DNA from: Prorocentrum cordatum
Taxonomy: Eukaryota
Direction: 5' to 3'
Assembly (NCBI GenBank): GCA_963575745.1
Contig: CAUYUJ010000032.1
Coordinates: 1 to 64,000 of the forward strand
Length of the DNA: 64,000 nucleotides
Shown: positions 1 through 11,954 of the stretch, piece after piece
Position numbering within the stretch: the first letter of the stretch is position 1
Layout: each line of letters begins with the position of its first letter
The notes under the pieces: generated by a model
The model's database searches: none
What the model was told of the DNA's origin: nothing
Seen by the model: the letters and a program-made list of their open reading frames with translations, nothing else
Position numbers and translations under genes: made by a program

Positions 1-178
1 CTCCCCCTCCTCCCCCTTCTTGCCCTCCTCCCCCTTCTCCTCCACCTCCCCCTCCTTCTCCAGCTCCTCCTCCACCTCCTCCCCCCCCCCTCCTCATCAT
101 CATCTTCATCTTCCTGGGGCGGGCGCCAGTCCCAGAGCCCCGATGTCAGGAATTTTTCAGGACGTGGACGCCCCCAGC

Positions 179-830
179 GGTCTGGACCCCTTCCCCGGGA
201 TCGGTGTTTCGTCCTGGGTCGTTTCTTCACGGCCCCGAGGGCCAGTAATTTAAGGGCCCCCAGAGGCTGCAAGTAGCGAAAAACCTCCCGTCGTGATTTT
301 TTCACAACGCGAAGGGGTCGGGGACCTCCAGCGGCCCCGAGGGCCTGCAAGGGCCCCCAGAGGCTGCACATAGCGAAAAACCTCCCGTCTTGATTTTTTC
401 ATGACCCGATGGGGGTCTGGGTCGTGCCCTGCCGCAAGGGAGCGAGGGCCCCCCCAGCGTGACGCCCGCGGCGCGGCTGGAGCCCCCCGCCCGAGGCGCC
501 AGAGCCCTCGCGTCGGCGGGGCGGCCCGCGCAAAGCGCCGGCCGACCTCCACCGTAGGAGCGGCGCCGCGCCGGCGGGGGCGCCCGTCGTGATTTTGTTC
601 GGGTCGCGAAAAAATCACGGCGGGGATTTTTGTCCCAACCATCCTGTGGTGTTGGGTTCTCGTTTTGAAGAGAGCGCCCCGCGTTCATTCCTTCCTTCCT
701 TCCTTCCTTCCTCCTCCTCCCTCCTCCCTCCTCCCATCCCTGCCTCTGCCCTGTCCATGTCCTCGTCGTCATCATCATCATCAGCATTATCATCATCAGC
801 AGCAGCAGCATCAGCATCAGCATCATCATC

Positions 831-876
<46 letters not shown>

Positions 877-1750
877 CCATCACCATCACCATCGTCATCG
901 CCATGTCATCATCATCACCATCATCGACGTCACGATCACAATCACCATCATCGCCACCAGTTTCGCCACACCCCTTACACGTTTGGTGGCCCCACAGGGA
1001 GCCCCATCTAAGGCCTCAACGGCGGTGTTCGCATGCGTCTCCCCCACCCAGCACAAGGCTTCGCGGCCCCATAGGGAGCCCCACCTAAGGCCCTAGTGGC
1101 GGTGTTCGCATGCGTCTCCCCCACCCAGCACAACGCTTCGTGGCCTCAAAGGGAGCTCCATCTAAGGCCCCAGTGGCGGTGTCCACATGCGTCTCCCCCA
1201 CCCAGCACTGCGTTTCGGGCCCCCATAGGGAGGTCCACCAAAGGCCCTATGTAGTGGCGGTGTCCACATGCGTCTCCCCCACCCAGTACAGCGCGTCGTG
1301 GCCCAATAGGGAGCCCCACCGAAGGCCCCAGTGGCGGTGTCCACGTGCGCTTCTCCTACCCAGCACAGCGTTTCCGGTGGAGGTCGGCCGGCGCTTTGCG
1401 CGGGCCGCCCCGCCGACGCGAGGGCTCTGGCGCCTCGGGCGGGGGGCTCCAGCCGCGCCGCGGGCGTCACGCTGGACGGGCCCTCGCCCCCTTGCGGCAG
1501 GGCACGACCCAGACCCCCATCGGGTCATGAAAAAATCAAGACGGGAGGTTTTTCGCTATGTGCAGCCTCTGGGGGCCCTTGCAGGCCCTCGGGGCCGCTG
1601 GAGGTCCCCGACCCCTTCGCGTTGTGAAAAAATCACGACGGGAGGTTTTTCGCTACTTGCAGCCTCTGGGGGCCCTTAAATTACTGGCCCTCGGGGCCGT
1701 CAAGAAACGACTCGGGAAAAAGAAGCGGTCCCGGGGAAGGGGTCGAGACC
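179..1750. mobile_element. Foldback/MITE-like element: ~375-bp inverted arms (179-554 and 1375-1750) around an ~820-bp spacer
   Basis: 253-554 is the near-exact reverse complement of 1375-1678, so the same peptides appear on opposite strands in the ORF track. Weaker similarity extends to ~130 and ~1810. Confidence 0.7.
985..1374. repeat. ~78-bp tandem repeat, about 5 copies
   Basis: Recurring unit ggcggtgt(t/c)c(g/a)catgcgtctcccccacccagcac...ggcccc.tagggagcccca.ctaaggcc. Confidence 0.85.
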
Positions 1751-2359
1751 TTTAGCCTTTGGGGGCTCGACACTATGAGAAACAAATATATGACGTCGGG
1801 AGTCTGGGGAGGAGGTTCGGGAGCGCGCGTCACAGACCCAGACATCCTCCTAAAGCATTTCGCCAGAGGGATCGAACAGAAAAAATGAAAATGAAAAGTT
1901 AGATAATAATAAAAAAAGGGGACGGACTGGATGCCCGAGGCCCCAAAAAAAGTGCCACAGGGGGGGGGGGGGGGGGCGGACTGCATGCCCGAGGCTGCCC
2001 GCCCAGATCGCCCCGTCCGGCAGCCGTGTCGCCGGAGACTGCTTCACAGTGTACTCGGGAGCCGTGCGCTCGCCCCAATGCCGGCTACAGTCGGGGCCCT
2101 GCAGAAGGAACCCTTTTCGTTGGGGAGGGGCTCCGCGTTCCTTGAGTGTTTCACAGCTTGCCTCCGGCTTTCCTTAGGTTTTCGACCGGAGATCGAAGGT
2201 TAACTTGTGGTAAAAAAGGGGGCCCGTTCCTTATTTAGGGCCCAGGCAGCCACGTCTCCTCCTCCTCCTCCTCCTCCTCCTCCTCCTCCTCCTCCTCCTC
2301 CTTTCAAGACCCTTTCAATAAGGGCTCCGCAGCGCCCCGCGGCGGGGCGCTGTAGCCCG

Positions 2360-4883
2360 TCAGATGAAGTACTCCCTGTGGTAGCCGAACGCGACGAACT
2401 TGTCCCCCCCTCGGTGGCCGCCAGCCTCCTCCACCTGAGGAGGGCGGCACGCTCACCACCCGAGGGGGCGATGGCGATGAGGAAGCCGCTGTTCAGGTTG
2501 GTTACCTCCGTGAAGCCCTGCTGGTGCCCGATGCTCTGCTGGTGCCTGGTGCTCTGCTGGTTCCCGTTGGTGTGCTGCTGGTTCTCGGGGGTGTGCTTCT
2601 GGTTCCCGTAGGTGTGCTGCTGGTTCCCGTCGGCGCGGGGTGGAGGCTTGGCCGCCAGGCTGGTGTTGGGACACGCCGTCGGAGACGCTCTCCTGGGGCG
2701 TGGTGTTTCTGGTGGCGTCGCCGTGGTCGGCTGGGCCATCAGGGTCATCGGGATCGATCTCGTCCTCTGGGGGGTCGGGCACGTCCTCGAGGATGAAGCG
2801 CACATTCTTGGTCGTAGGGGTTGGTGTGGTGGCAGCCGTCGGAGTCCTCCTCGTGGGAGTAGTCCTGGGGCTGCTGGTCTTCCTTCTGCGTCCTCCTGCG
2901 TCCTCCTGCACGATCTTCACCTCGTTCTCGCCGTCAGTTCGCACTTCGACGCCGGCCAGGATCGCATCGATTCGGGCGGGGATGGGAGGTGAAGGCTCCA
3001 TGGCGGCCTTGGAGGCGGCCATGGAGGCGAAGGCTGCGGCTTTGGGGCGAACGATTCCCGCCGCCTGGAGTGCTGCAGTGGCTGCGGCATGCCATTGGGG
3101 TGTCGTTCGGAGGTCGGGGGTCGTGGGGCCTCTTGGTCGTTGGGCGGGGTCGTCGGGGGAGGATCGTCGGGGAAGGGGCGTCGAAGGGCGTCGTAGGGTC
3201 GTCGAGGGGAGCCGCGTGTCGTGAGGCTTGGGGCGTCGAGGGGGGGGCGGGGGTCTTCGAGGATCACGGGTCTCCTGGGGCACGCCGTCGGACATGGTGT
3301 CCTGGGGCGTGGCGTCGTGGTCGGCGTCGCTGTCAGAGTCCTCCTGGTCGGAGTCATCGTGCTGGGCCGTCTGAGTCCTTCTCGTCCGTCGTCGTCGGCA
3401 ACAACTGGGTCCTCTTACTGGTACTCTCCTCCTCGTGCTCGGGATTGTCCTCCTGATCGTCCGTGTCGCCCTCCTCGGAATCGCTCCCGTAGCTCCCGTA
3501 GCTCGTCTCGTAGCTCCCGAGGGCCGCCTCGGAGTCGCTCCCGTTGCGCCCGTAGCTCTTCTCGTAGCCCTCCTCGGAGTCGCTCCCGTAGCTCTCGTTG
3601 CCCCCGTATCTCTTCCCGTAGCTCTTCCCGTAGCTCTTCTCGTAGCCCTTCTCGTAGCTCTCGTTGCTCCCGTAGTTCTCGTTGCTCCCGTAGCTCCTCC
3701 CGTAGTTCTCGTGGCTCTTCCCGTAGCTCTCGTTGCTCCCGTAGCTCTTCCCGCAGCTCTTCTCGTAGCCCTTCTTGTGGCCGTTGATCCGCAGGGCCTC
3801 GTACGTGTCGACGTGGTCGCCGATCCTCTGGGCCTCGAACGCGTCGACGTGTTCGCTGATCCTCTGGGCTCCGTACGTGTCGACGTGGTCGCCGATCCAC
3901 TGGGCCTCGTACGTGTCCTGTTTCTCGTGGCCGTTGGTCCGCTGGGCCTCGTACGTGTCGACTTGGTCGCCGATCCGCTGGGACTCGTACTGCTTCGCGT
4001 GGCCGTCGGTCTGCTGGGCCTCGTAGGTGTCGATGTGGCCGCCGATCCGCAGGGCCTCGTACGTGTCGACGTGGTTGCCGATCCGCTGGGCCTCGAACGC
4101 GTCGACGTGTTCGCTGATCCGCTGGGCCTCGTACTTGTCGACGTGGTCGCCGATCCGCTGGGCCTCGTACGTGTCCTGGGCCTCGTACATGTCGACTTTG
4201 TCGCCGATCCGCTGGGCCTCGTACTGCTTCGCGTGGCCGTCGGTCTTCTGGGCCTCGTAGGTGTCGGTGTGGCCGCCGATCCGCTGGGCCTCGTACGTGT
4301 CGATGTGGCCGGCGTGGCCGGCGCCGCGGCGCGCCGTGGCGGCATGCGCGGCCTCCTCCGCGACCTGTCGGAGGCGGTCGGCCGAGGGGTAGGCGACCCC
4401 TGGAGATGGGGTGGTCCAACAGTGCGCCTGCGGCACCTCGATGACTATGTACTTGGCGTATTGCTGCTGGTCGTGCTTCGTGTCGGCGCCCGTGTTGTTG
4501 GCCTCGGCCCGCGGCCTGCTGCCGCCGTGGCCCAGCCGAGGTCCGGCTGCGGCCAGGGCGATGTCACCCGCGGTGGCGGCCGCGAAGCCCGTCGCGGGCG
4601 CGCGTGCCGCGTGCCAGGCGGCGTTGCGGCGCCTGCGCGCGCCGCCTGGGAGGGGCCGCCCCTCGGCCAGGCACTGCAGGGCCGGGCGCGAGGCGGCCTC
4701 GCGATCCCGCCATGACCCCGGCGCGTTGTCGCGGCTGCCGAGGGCCCGGCGGAGGCCCGCCTCGCAGGCCAGCCGGCAGCGCATCCTGGCCGCTCGCCGG
4801 GCCGCCGAGGCTCCCTTCTCCTGGGCCTCGCGGGCCCGTGTCCCAGTGGGCCGCCATGCTGGCGGGCAGCCCCCCGCAGCCAT
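2360..4883 (-). pseudogene. Repeat-rich ORF of the SL-capped element; 509 aa to the first stop at 3354, probably continuing through frameshifts
   Basis: ATG at 4883 lies 35 nt after the SL. It encodes 12-aa repeats (TYEAQRIGDHVD) and YGS/YEK repeats. Acidic, Pro-rich coding-like sequence continues in another frame below ~3360, and a plausible C-terminus (GGDKFVAFGYHREYFI*) ends at 2360. Confidence 0.55.
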
Positions 4884-4918
4884 GAGAGCACGCCGAGCGG
4901 AGCCCGCGCGCGAGCTGG

Positions 4919-4940
4919 CTTGAGCCAAAATGGCTACGGA
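4919..4940 (-). other. Full 22-nt dinoflagellate spliced leader (genomic copy)
   Basis: Minus strand reads TCCGTAGCCATTTTGGCTCAAG, an exact match to DinoSL DCCGTAGCCATTTTGGCTCAAG. Confidence 0.97.
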
Positions 4941-5339
4941 CTCCTCCTCCTCCTCCTCCTCCTCCTCCTCCTCCTCCTCCTCCTCCTCCTCCTCCCGCTC
5001 CTCTCCTCCTCGTGTTCTGCCCTCCTTCATCTGATCCCTTTTTGTTTCACTCGCCTGTTCGCACTTGCTGATCTTAGGGCGCTGTGCTGGCGTAATCCTA
5101 TGTCTTGACGTTTTCAATACGGGGTCCTGGGATATCCCGACGCGTTCCCCAGGGCCGGCTTTTCATCCTGACTCGCTTGTTTCACGGGCCAGGGGCCCAG
5201 CGAAGGCCCCCAGGGACCAAAAAGTGCCGGAAATGTCCCGCCACGGTGTGCGCCGCGCCGCGAGCATGCTTGGGGCTGGGTCGGTTGCCCTCGGCCTCGC
5301 CGCCCAGCGTGCTCCCCTAGCAACAGATTTGGCCGCACT

Positions 5340-5500
5340 TTGTCGAAGGCGCCTACAGCGAATCACCGCCGCCACCTGCCTCTTGGAAGCGCCTACGTGG
5401 CCGAACGCCGGGGCCGGAGCTCGGCCGAGCTGTTTGATCACGGGTTCCCCCAGCCGTTGCGGAAACCTTGTGGAGAACACGTAGAAGAGGAGGAGAGAGA
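5340..5500 (+). repeat. Dispersed ~150-bp repeat followed by a purine-rich/(GAG)n tract; related copies at ~6385-6530 and ~22110-22265
   Basis: Shared motifs aa(t/c)caccgccg...tggcc(g/a)aacg...cagccgttg(c/t)ggaaac...gaacacgt. Confidence 0.7.
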
Positions 5501-5569
5501 GGAAAGAGGAGGAGGAGGAGGAGGAGGAGGAGGAGGTGGAGGAAGAGGAGGAGGAGGAGGAGGAAAAGA

Positions 5570-6250
5570 AGGCCTCTTGGGAGCCTCTTTTGGGAACCCT
5601 TGGTGAACTCTTGGGGCATCCTGGGAGCTTCCTGGGGGCCTCGTGGAGGCCTCTTGGGGGCCTTTGGGGCTCACTGGGAGGCTCTTTGGCCGAGGGCGTT
5701 CCAGGCCCGCACGACGCCATCGGAAGCCGTCTTGGGTGCCTCTCTGGGCCCCAAGTCGGCCTCTTGAGGCGCATCAGGGCCGTTTTGGAGGCCTTCTTCG
5801 GCGTCTTGGAGGTCTCCTGGGCCGTCTCGGGGCCCTCTTGGGGCCGTCTTGGGGGCTCTCGTGGGGCCGTCTTGGAGGCCTCTTGGGTTGTCAGGGGGCC
5901 ATCTCGGAGGCCTCTTAGGCGCTTTGGGGGCCATCTTAGTGGCCTCTGAGTCCGTGCTTGACCCTCAGAAAGCCGAAAAGGAGCAAATGCCCAAATCTCC
6001 CAAACACCTAAGGAAAACCAATGTTGTTGGCCTCTTCGGACCTTCCTGGAGTTCCTCTTGGAGGCCGCTTGGGCCGCCTTGGAGGCTTATTGGGCCGTCT
6101 TGGGCCATCTTAGAACCGTCTTGGGTGCATATTGGGGCTATCTTGGGCTTTCTTGGGACTATCTTAGCCGTCTTGGAGGCCACCTTGGCCGTCTTGGACG
6201 CCATTTTAGAGCCATCTGGAGTGGAAAAAGCCTTGCCGACCGGGTCTGGC
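5570..6250. repeat. Degenerate ~11-bp CTCTTGGGGC/CTTGGGCCGT minisatellite family; also at ~17850-19320, 21340-21810, 28990-29650, 31700-33800, 48135-50280 and 53900-54090
   Basis: Dense recurrence of (t)cttgg(g/a)g(c/g)c on both strands. Confidence 0.85.
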
Positions 6251-8010
6251 CGAGCTTTCCAGGTGTCCCGCCGTTTGGGCCGAAAGAAGGTCTTTGGGAT
6301 TTGTTTCAAAGGTCTCGAACCAACCGAAAGTTTGGTACGCCGTGCACCTTGTGGCAAGCCAACAGGGGGCGCGGATGAAGAAGAAACGAATCACCGCCGT
6401 TCCCTGCTTTGGGGAAGCGCTTAATGATATGGCCGAACGTCGTGACCAGAGTTCGGCCAAGCTACAGGATCATGTGTTCCCCCAGCCGTTGTGGAAACGC
6501 TTCGGCGAACACGTGGGGGAGAAAGAAGAATCAGCCACGCGCAGAGGGGGGTGGGGGGAGGGGGAGGGCTTCTGAGAAGCACCCCTGCTTTTTAGAAGGC
6601 GCGGGCCTTCTCTATAGATGTAAGGCCGGCGCCTTCTAAGAAGCAGCCTCCTTCTAAGAAGCCTTCCCCCTCCCTCCAACCCCTTGTGCGCACCGCCAGA
6701 AGAAAGGGAGGAAAGATCTCTTCGAGCTTTCCTGGAGGCTCTCGCGGAGGCCTCTTGGGGGCCTTTCGGGCCGTCTCTAGGGCTATCTTGGGACCATCTT
6801 GGGCCATATTGGGTGCGCTTCGGGCTGTCTTGGAGACGTCTTGAGGCCATCTTGGGGTCATCTTAGACGTCTCGGGGAGGCATCTTGGAGGCCATCTTCA
6901 GCCATCTCGGCCGTCTTGGGGTGGGAAGACCAATGACCTGGGAAGTCTGCGGGTCCTGATGGGGCGCCTTTGAGGCATCTGGGTGCCGTTTTGGAGCGGG
7001 GAGACCGATGACCTGGAAAGTTGACGGGTCTTTCTGGGTGGCCAGCGGGCAGTCACTGAACAAGCGCAGGATCATCCATGATGTTGGCTTCCTTCGGTAG
7101 AAGTAGCGGCATGCACAAGACGGCAGGGTGTGTCTGTTGTGTTTGTTGATGTTGTGGTGTTTCTTGGATTTCTTGGTTGTATTCCCAGAGTGTTATCGCG
7201 AATCAGCTTGTCTCTCCGTTTTCGGTCGTCTTGACGTCCGATTTAACAAAAAAGTTCCGAGATGCGCGGCTTCTCTTGGGATTGTTGTTCTGCCTTTGTT
7301 GGCCGACTTTGGGAGGCCGCATTAGGGCTGTGTTAGGCCCCCAAATCGCTTGCCCACCAAAGAACTCCGAATAGCACGATGTAGAACTCATGTTCGATAC
7401 AATGCCGTCTTGATTCCAAGCTTTGGATGCAACTCGGCCGAGATAGGGCGTGCTGGCACTGGGCCTGGGCCCCCAAACTGGCGGCTTCTCCTTTCTTTCC
7501 TCCTTCTCATACTGATATTCCTCCTCCTCCTCCTCCTCCTCCTCCTCCTCCTCCTCCTCCTCCTCCTCCTCCTCCTCCTCTCCCTTTTCCTCATCATCAC
7601 TCTTATCAACAGCAGCAGCAGCAGCTGTACCAGCAGCATGAACAGCATCATCATCAGCAGCAGCATCATCATGCTCATCATCAGCAGCAGCATCATCATC
7701 GCCATCATCATCAGCAACATCATCATCATCATCATCAGCATCATCATCATCATCAGCAGCAGCAGCAGCATCATGATCATCATCCCCCTCGTCCTCGTCC
7801 TTCTCCTCCTCCTCCTCAACTTCGTTCTCTTCCTCCTCCTCCTCCTCCTCCTCCTCCTCCCTCTTCCTCCTCCTCCTCCTCCTCCCTCCTCCTCCTCGTC
7901 CTCCTTCTCCGCATCCCTCCCCAGAGGTTCCCAGAGACCCAGAGAGCGCCAAAAGCTCCAGAGCGACGCAACAGTCATACCTCCTCGTCGTCCGCCGTGT
8001 CAGACGGCAG

Positions 8011-8043
8011 GTCCTGGACGTGTCCATCATCGCGCCAATAGAG
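8011..8043 (+). CDS. DnaJ J-domain micro-exon A (VLDVSIIAPIE)
   Basis: cag| acceptor and |ga donor; 33 nt, phase 0; joins exon B to give VLDVSIIAPIEEIKQAF (end of helix I into helix II). Confidence 0.65.
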
Positions 8044-8384
8044 GAGACCCGCGGCCGCCCTGCCGGGCTGCACGCTGCTGGCCCCAAAGACCAGTACGCC
8101 TTCCGCCGTGTTCCCTACCTCCTCCTCCACTGTTCTCTCCTCCTCCTCCTCCTGCTCCTCCTCCTTCTCCACCTCTTCCTCCTCTTCCTCCTCCTCTTCC
8201 TCGTCCTCCTCCTCCTCCTCCTCCTCCTCCTCCTCCTCCTCCTCCTCATCCTCCTCTTCATCCATTCCTTTTCCTTCTAACGAACTCCTCCCTGTCGCAC
8301 CCCGAGGCCGGTCGAAAGGGCGGGCTGGGCGTTTCGCGTTAGATTCCCAGCCACTCATGACCTTGAGGCTCAGAAATTGGCAAC

Positions 8385-8720
8385 CGCTTCACGGATTGAG
8401 GACGGGCCGTTTTCAAAATGTGGCACTCGCTTTAGCGCCGCACACATTCGATTGAAAAATTGCAAGAGCTTCACGGGTTGAGGGTGTGTGGTTTTCAAAG
8501 TGTTGTTCTCGCCCTGGCGCCGCACACACTCGTTGCCAAAAATTACGAGAAATTCGCGGATTGAGGGCGGCCGTTTTCAAAATGCAGCATTAGTTTTTAG
8601 CGCCGCACACTTTCGTTTGAAGATGTACAAGAGATTCACGGATTGAGGGCGGGTGGTTTTCAAAATGTGGTTCTCGCCTTAGCGCCGCACACAATCATTT
8701 CAAAAAGAGTTTCACGGATT
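8385..8720. repeat. ~82-bp tandem repeat, about 4 copies
   Basis: Unit cacggattgagg...ttttcaaaatgtgg...cgc.ttagcgccgcacaca. Confidence 0.8.
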
Positions 8721-9550
8721 CGCATAGCTCATGTGCCAGTCATGGTGTTTTGCACACATTCTCCAGACAGGTTTGCCCAAAGAAGTTCTACCTCAAACCC
8801 TACTAATGAGTCCGTTCCCCCCCCTAATTCCGATGGTCCCCCCTAATTCCTATGGTCATTTCCAATGGCACCCCCCAGCTATTTCCAATGGCGAGTCCTA
8901 CGGACGCTTATGGATTCTTATGAGTTGCATGGGTTCCTATGTTTGCTTGCTCGTGCTTGCTTGCTTGCATTTGCTTGCTTGCTTACCTGCTCTTGCGTGT
9001 TTGCTCTTACACACTCACTTACACTTGCTTGCTTGCTTGTGCGTGCTTGCTCTTGCTTGCTTGCTCTTGCTTGCCCGTACTTGCTTGCACTTGATCGCTG
9101 ACTATTGTTTGCGTGTTGTTGCTCGTTTACGCGTGTTTGCGTCCGCTTGCTTGTTTGCGCTTGCTTGATTTTGTTTTTCCCGTCCTCCTCCCGTCCTGCG
9201 CCCGTCCTCCGTTCGTCCTCCTCCCATCCTCCTCTCGTTCTCCTCCTGTCATCCTATCTATTTGGAGTCAACGCTGTCTGAGATTCAGGCTTGCCAGGAC
9301 GCAACAGTTACGTTGATCCGCGTTCTGGCACGATTCGGGATCGTCAAGACGCAACAGTCAGTTTGACTCGTGGCGCTGGGGTCCCGAGAAAGGTGTTCTG
9401 GCATGCTTCAGGATCTTCAAACGATTGCCTCCCAAAGGGGCATTTCCGTCAGTGGAAATTAACTCTTGTTGGGGCTTGCGAAGAGGGAGCGTGGAGGGAG
9501 GGTTTATTCCAACATCGTTGATGAGTCTAGGTTTTACTCTGGTCCTCCTT

Positions 9551-9583
<33 letters not shown>

Positions 9584-9884
9584 CTCCTCCTCCTCCTCCT
9601 CCTCCTCCTCCTCCTCCTCCCCCTCCGATCCAGGAACGACATGTGCCAACCCAAGTCCCTGCTCCGCTATTCCAAGGGTAAGTAAGCCTCGCGTGCATGG
9701 TGTAGAGACGATTCTCCAATCGAGAAGCATATCGCTGATCTTCCATGTTCGACCGCTCAGAAGAGGGGAACGGAGGGAGGACGAGGAGGAGAGGGAGGAG
9801 GCTTATCCGCCTCCTCCTAATCCTCCTCATCATAGCCCCTGGGAGAGCGCGCGCGCGCGCGCCCTGCTGGTGCCCCGAGTCCAG

Positions 9885-9935
9885 GAGATCAAGCAGGCCT
9901 TCCGCAGACTTGCTCTGCTCCACCACCCCGACAAG
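9885..9935 (+). CDS. DnaJ J-domain micro-exon B (EIKQAFRRLALLHHPDK)
   Basis: HPD motif with canonical helix II; cag| acceptor and |gc donor; 51 nt. Confidence 0.8.
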
Positions 9936-10959
9936 GCCGCGCCGGCCGTGCCGACGCCGACGGAGGCGACGGCGGTGACGGCCGCGGCAGCTGCAGATCT
10001 ATGAGAATTTGTGATGTGTGTTTTCCCAGCGCGTTTCCTCGATGTCGCCACGATCTGCCCCCAGGGCCAAAAAACATCCAGGGCGCAAGCCCATCTCCGG
10101 GCCAGGGGTCGGGAATTCTGGGGACGCGGATTGAAGAGAACAGACCGGGTACACATCGATTTGAACACAGTTCTTCGTTGGGATGGCGTCGTGATGTTTG
10201 TTGTTTGTTCTACCGCATCCTTCATGTGTACAGCATGTTTAGTTCGCCCTGCATGTTGCATTCTCTTGCGATGCGTTTGGTGATCGTGCTTCCTTCCTCC
10301 TCATCCTCCTCGTCTTTGGCGTGTTTCTCCCGCTCTTGCTCCCTGCCCCTTTCCGTATTATCAGAGCTGCGAAGAGGCGGGACGGCGACATGGGAGGAAA
10401 CAAAAACACGAGGAGGGCGAGCAGAATGAGCAGGGGGAGGACGAGCAAGAGGAGAGGGCACCCTGCGCGCGCCCCGAGAGCTCCACGTATGCACTTAGAT
10501 CTACTGATGTGGCTACCGTTCACATGCCGTGCTGTGCAGGAAGCACGGTTGGCCCCTCCCCAGGAACGCTCACAGAGCCGTCTGGGAAGGGCCCCACGGC
10601 CGATGAGGCGAGGACCTCCCGTGCGAGAGCGCCGTTTTGTGATTCGACGCCAGATTCCGCCACATTCGCCATCAGAGTCCCAGGAAACGCTGCTGACAAT
10701 GAGAGCTTGCTCTGTCTAATCCGGCATTATCCCATCGGATTCGGGGGGAAAGGGTGCGAGCCTGGGGAGTCCTTCCCAAAACGTTTTTTCCTTCTGGCTA
10801 CGCGGCGTTACCTGCAAAAAAATTATAGTTCAACGACCCTTGGGAAGTTGAACTGGGCTGTTGCATGCCCTCCAGCCTGGAGCGTAGAATGTACGGAAGC
10901 ACGCTCGATGATATACATCTGCCGAATTCACATCCCGTCAGATTCGGGGGAAAGGGTGC

Positions 10960-11360
10960 TGAGAATGGGAGCCCTTTCCTGGACAGGACCAGCGGCAGTA
11001 CCCCACGTGGCTGTACGATGTGGCCTCCCTGGGTCGTCCCGCCTGGGCCCTCTGAAAGAAGCCCCTCGCGGGGCGTAGAGAATGACTACAAGTTCGAGAA
11101 TGGAAGCGTTTCCCTGGACAGGCCCGGGGGCAGTACCCAACGTTGCTGTGCGATCTGGCCTCCACTGGCCGTCCCGCCGGGCCCTCTAAGAAGCATCGTG
11201 CGGGGCACCGAAAGTGAAGACGGTTTCAGGAGTGGGCGCGTTTCCCTTGCCTGGCCGGGAGCGTTCCCCCCCGTTGCTGTGAGGTTTGGCCTCCCCGGGC
11301 CGTCCCGCCGGGCCCTCCAAGAACCCCCCCGCGGGGCGCGAAGAGTCACGACGAGCTCGA
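10960..11360. repeat. ~135-bp tandem repeat, about 3 diverged copies
   Basis: Unit gag(a/t)tgg...cctgg...gctgt...tggcctcc...gtcccgcc.gggccctc...cgcggggc. Confidence 0.7.
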
Positions 11361-11954
11361 GGGTGGCAGCGTCTGCGCGGAGAGCGCGGGCGCGGAGAGA
11401 GGAGACAGGGACGACAGTGTCGCGCAGGAGGGCCCGAGCCATCTCGGGCACCGCTCCGGCGGGGGAAGCCCGGCCCCCCACGTTGCAGCCAAGATGGCTT
11501 GAGCTCAGGATCAGGCAGTGGCGAAGCGTCCTGGCTCGCCTATAGCCCTACCAAACAATGTTCTAAAAACCTTGTGTGCCTTCCACGAAATGTTCTTACA
11601 ACATTTCTGGTTGGGACTGTCTTGGTTTAACACATCGGGTCACTGTTCTAAGAACTGTGTTTTTGTTATTAGAACATTTTTGGGTTCTAAGAACATTTCG
11701 TGGTAGGCCTGTAGGAATGACGGGACGGCCGGCCCCTGCTCAACAGGAGGGGCTCGGGTGTTCGGGCCGTGCCCTAGATTCAGGTCGTGGGGCCCGTTTT
11801 TCTGTGGCCCAGGCCCGCCGTGGCCAGAAAAGCAGCGGCGTTCCTTACCATGCGTTCCTTCGGGTAATTCGTATAATAACTGCACGGCGCTGTCTTGTGT
11901 TATCTTTCGTGTGTTGCTCCTTTTAGTGTTAACCAACTCACACGTGTAATACGT

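Larger units (their letters stand above)
2303..4940 (-). mobile_element. SL-capped retroposed element (non-autonomous retroelement or processed retrocopy) inserted in (GGA)n
   Basis: The minus strand starts with a full DinoSL directly after (GAG)n at 4941-4995 and ends directly into (GGA)n at 2256-2302. It is intronless, has no poly(A), and has a 3' hairpin at 2322-2358. Confidence 0.8.

Noticed and set aside
4919..4940. SL RNA gene, or insertion into an SL RNA gene (CRE/NeSL-like)
   Set aside because: Neither SL copy is followed by a GT donor or SL intron, and no SL-gene remainder lies at the far end of either element. Both flanks are (GGA)n.
4941..5117. N-terminal extension of the 587-aa ORF
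   Set aside because: It lies upstream of the SL and reads through (GAG)n by chance; the likely start is ATG 4883.
11483..11506. Degenerate tandem SL-like string (gctcaag-ccatcttggctgcaa, minus strand)
   Set aside because: Several mismatches and no convincing downstream ORF; CCATCTTGG is common in the local repeat family.
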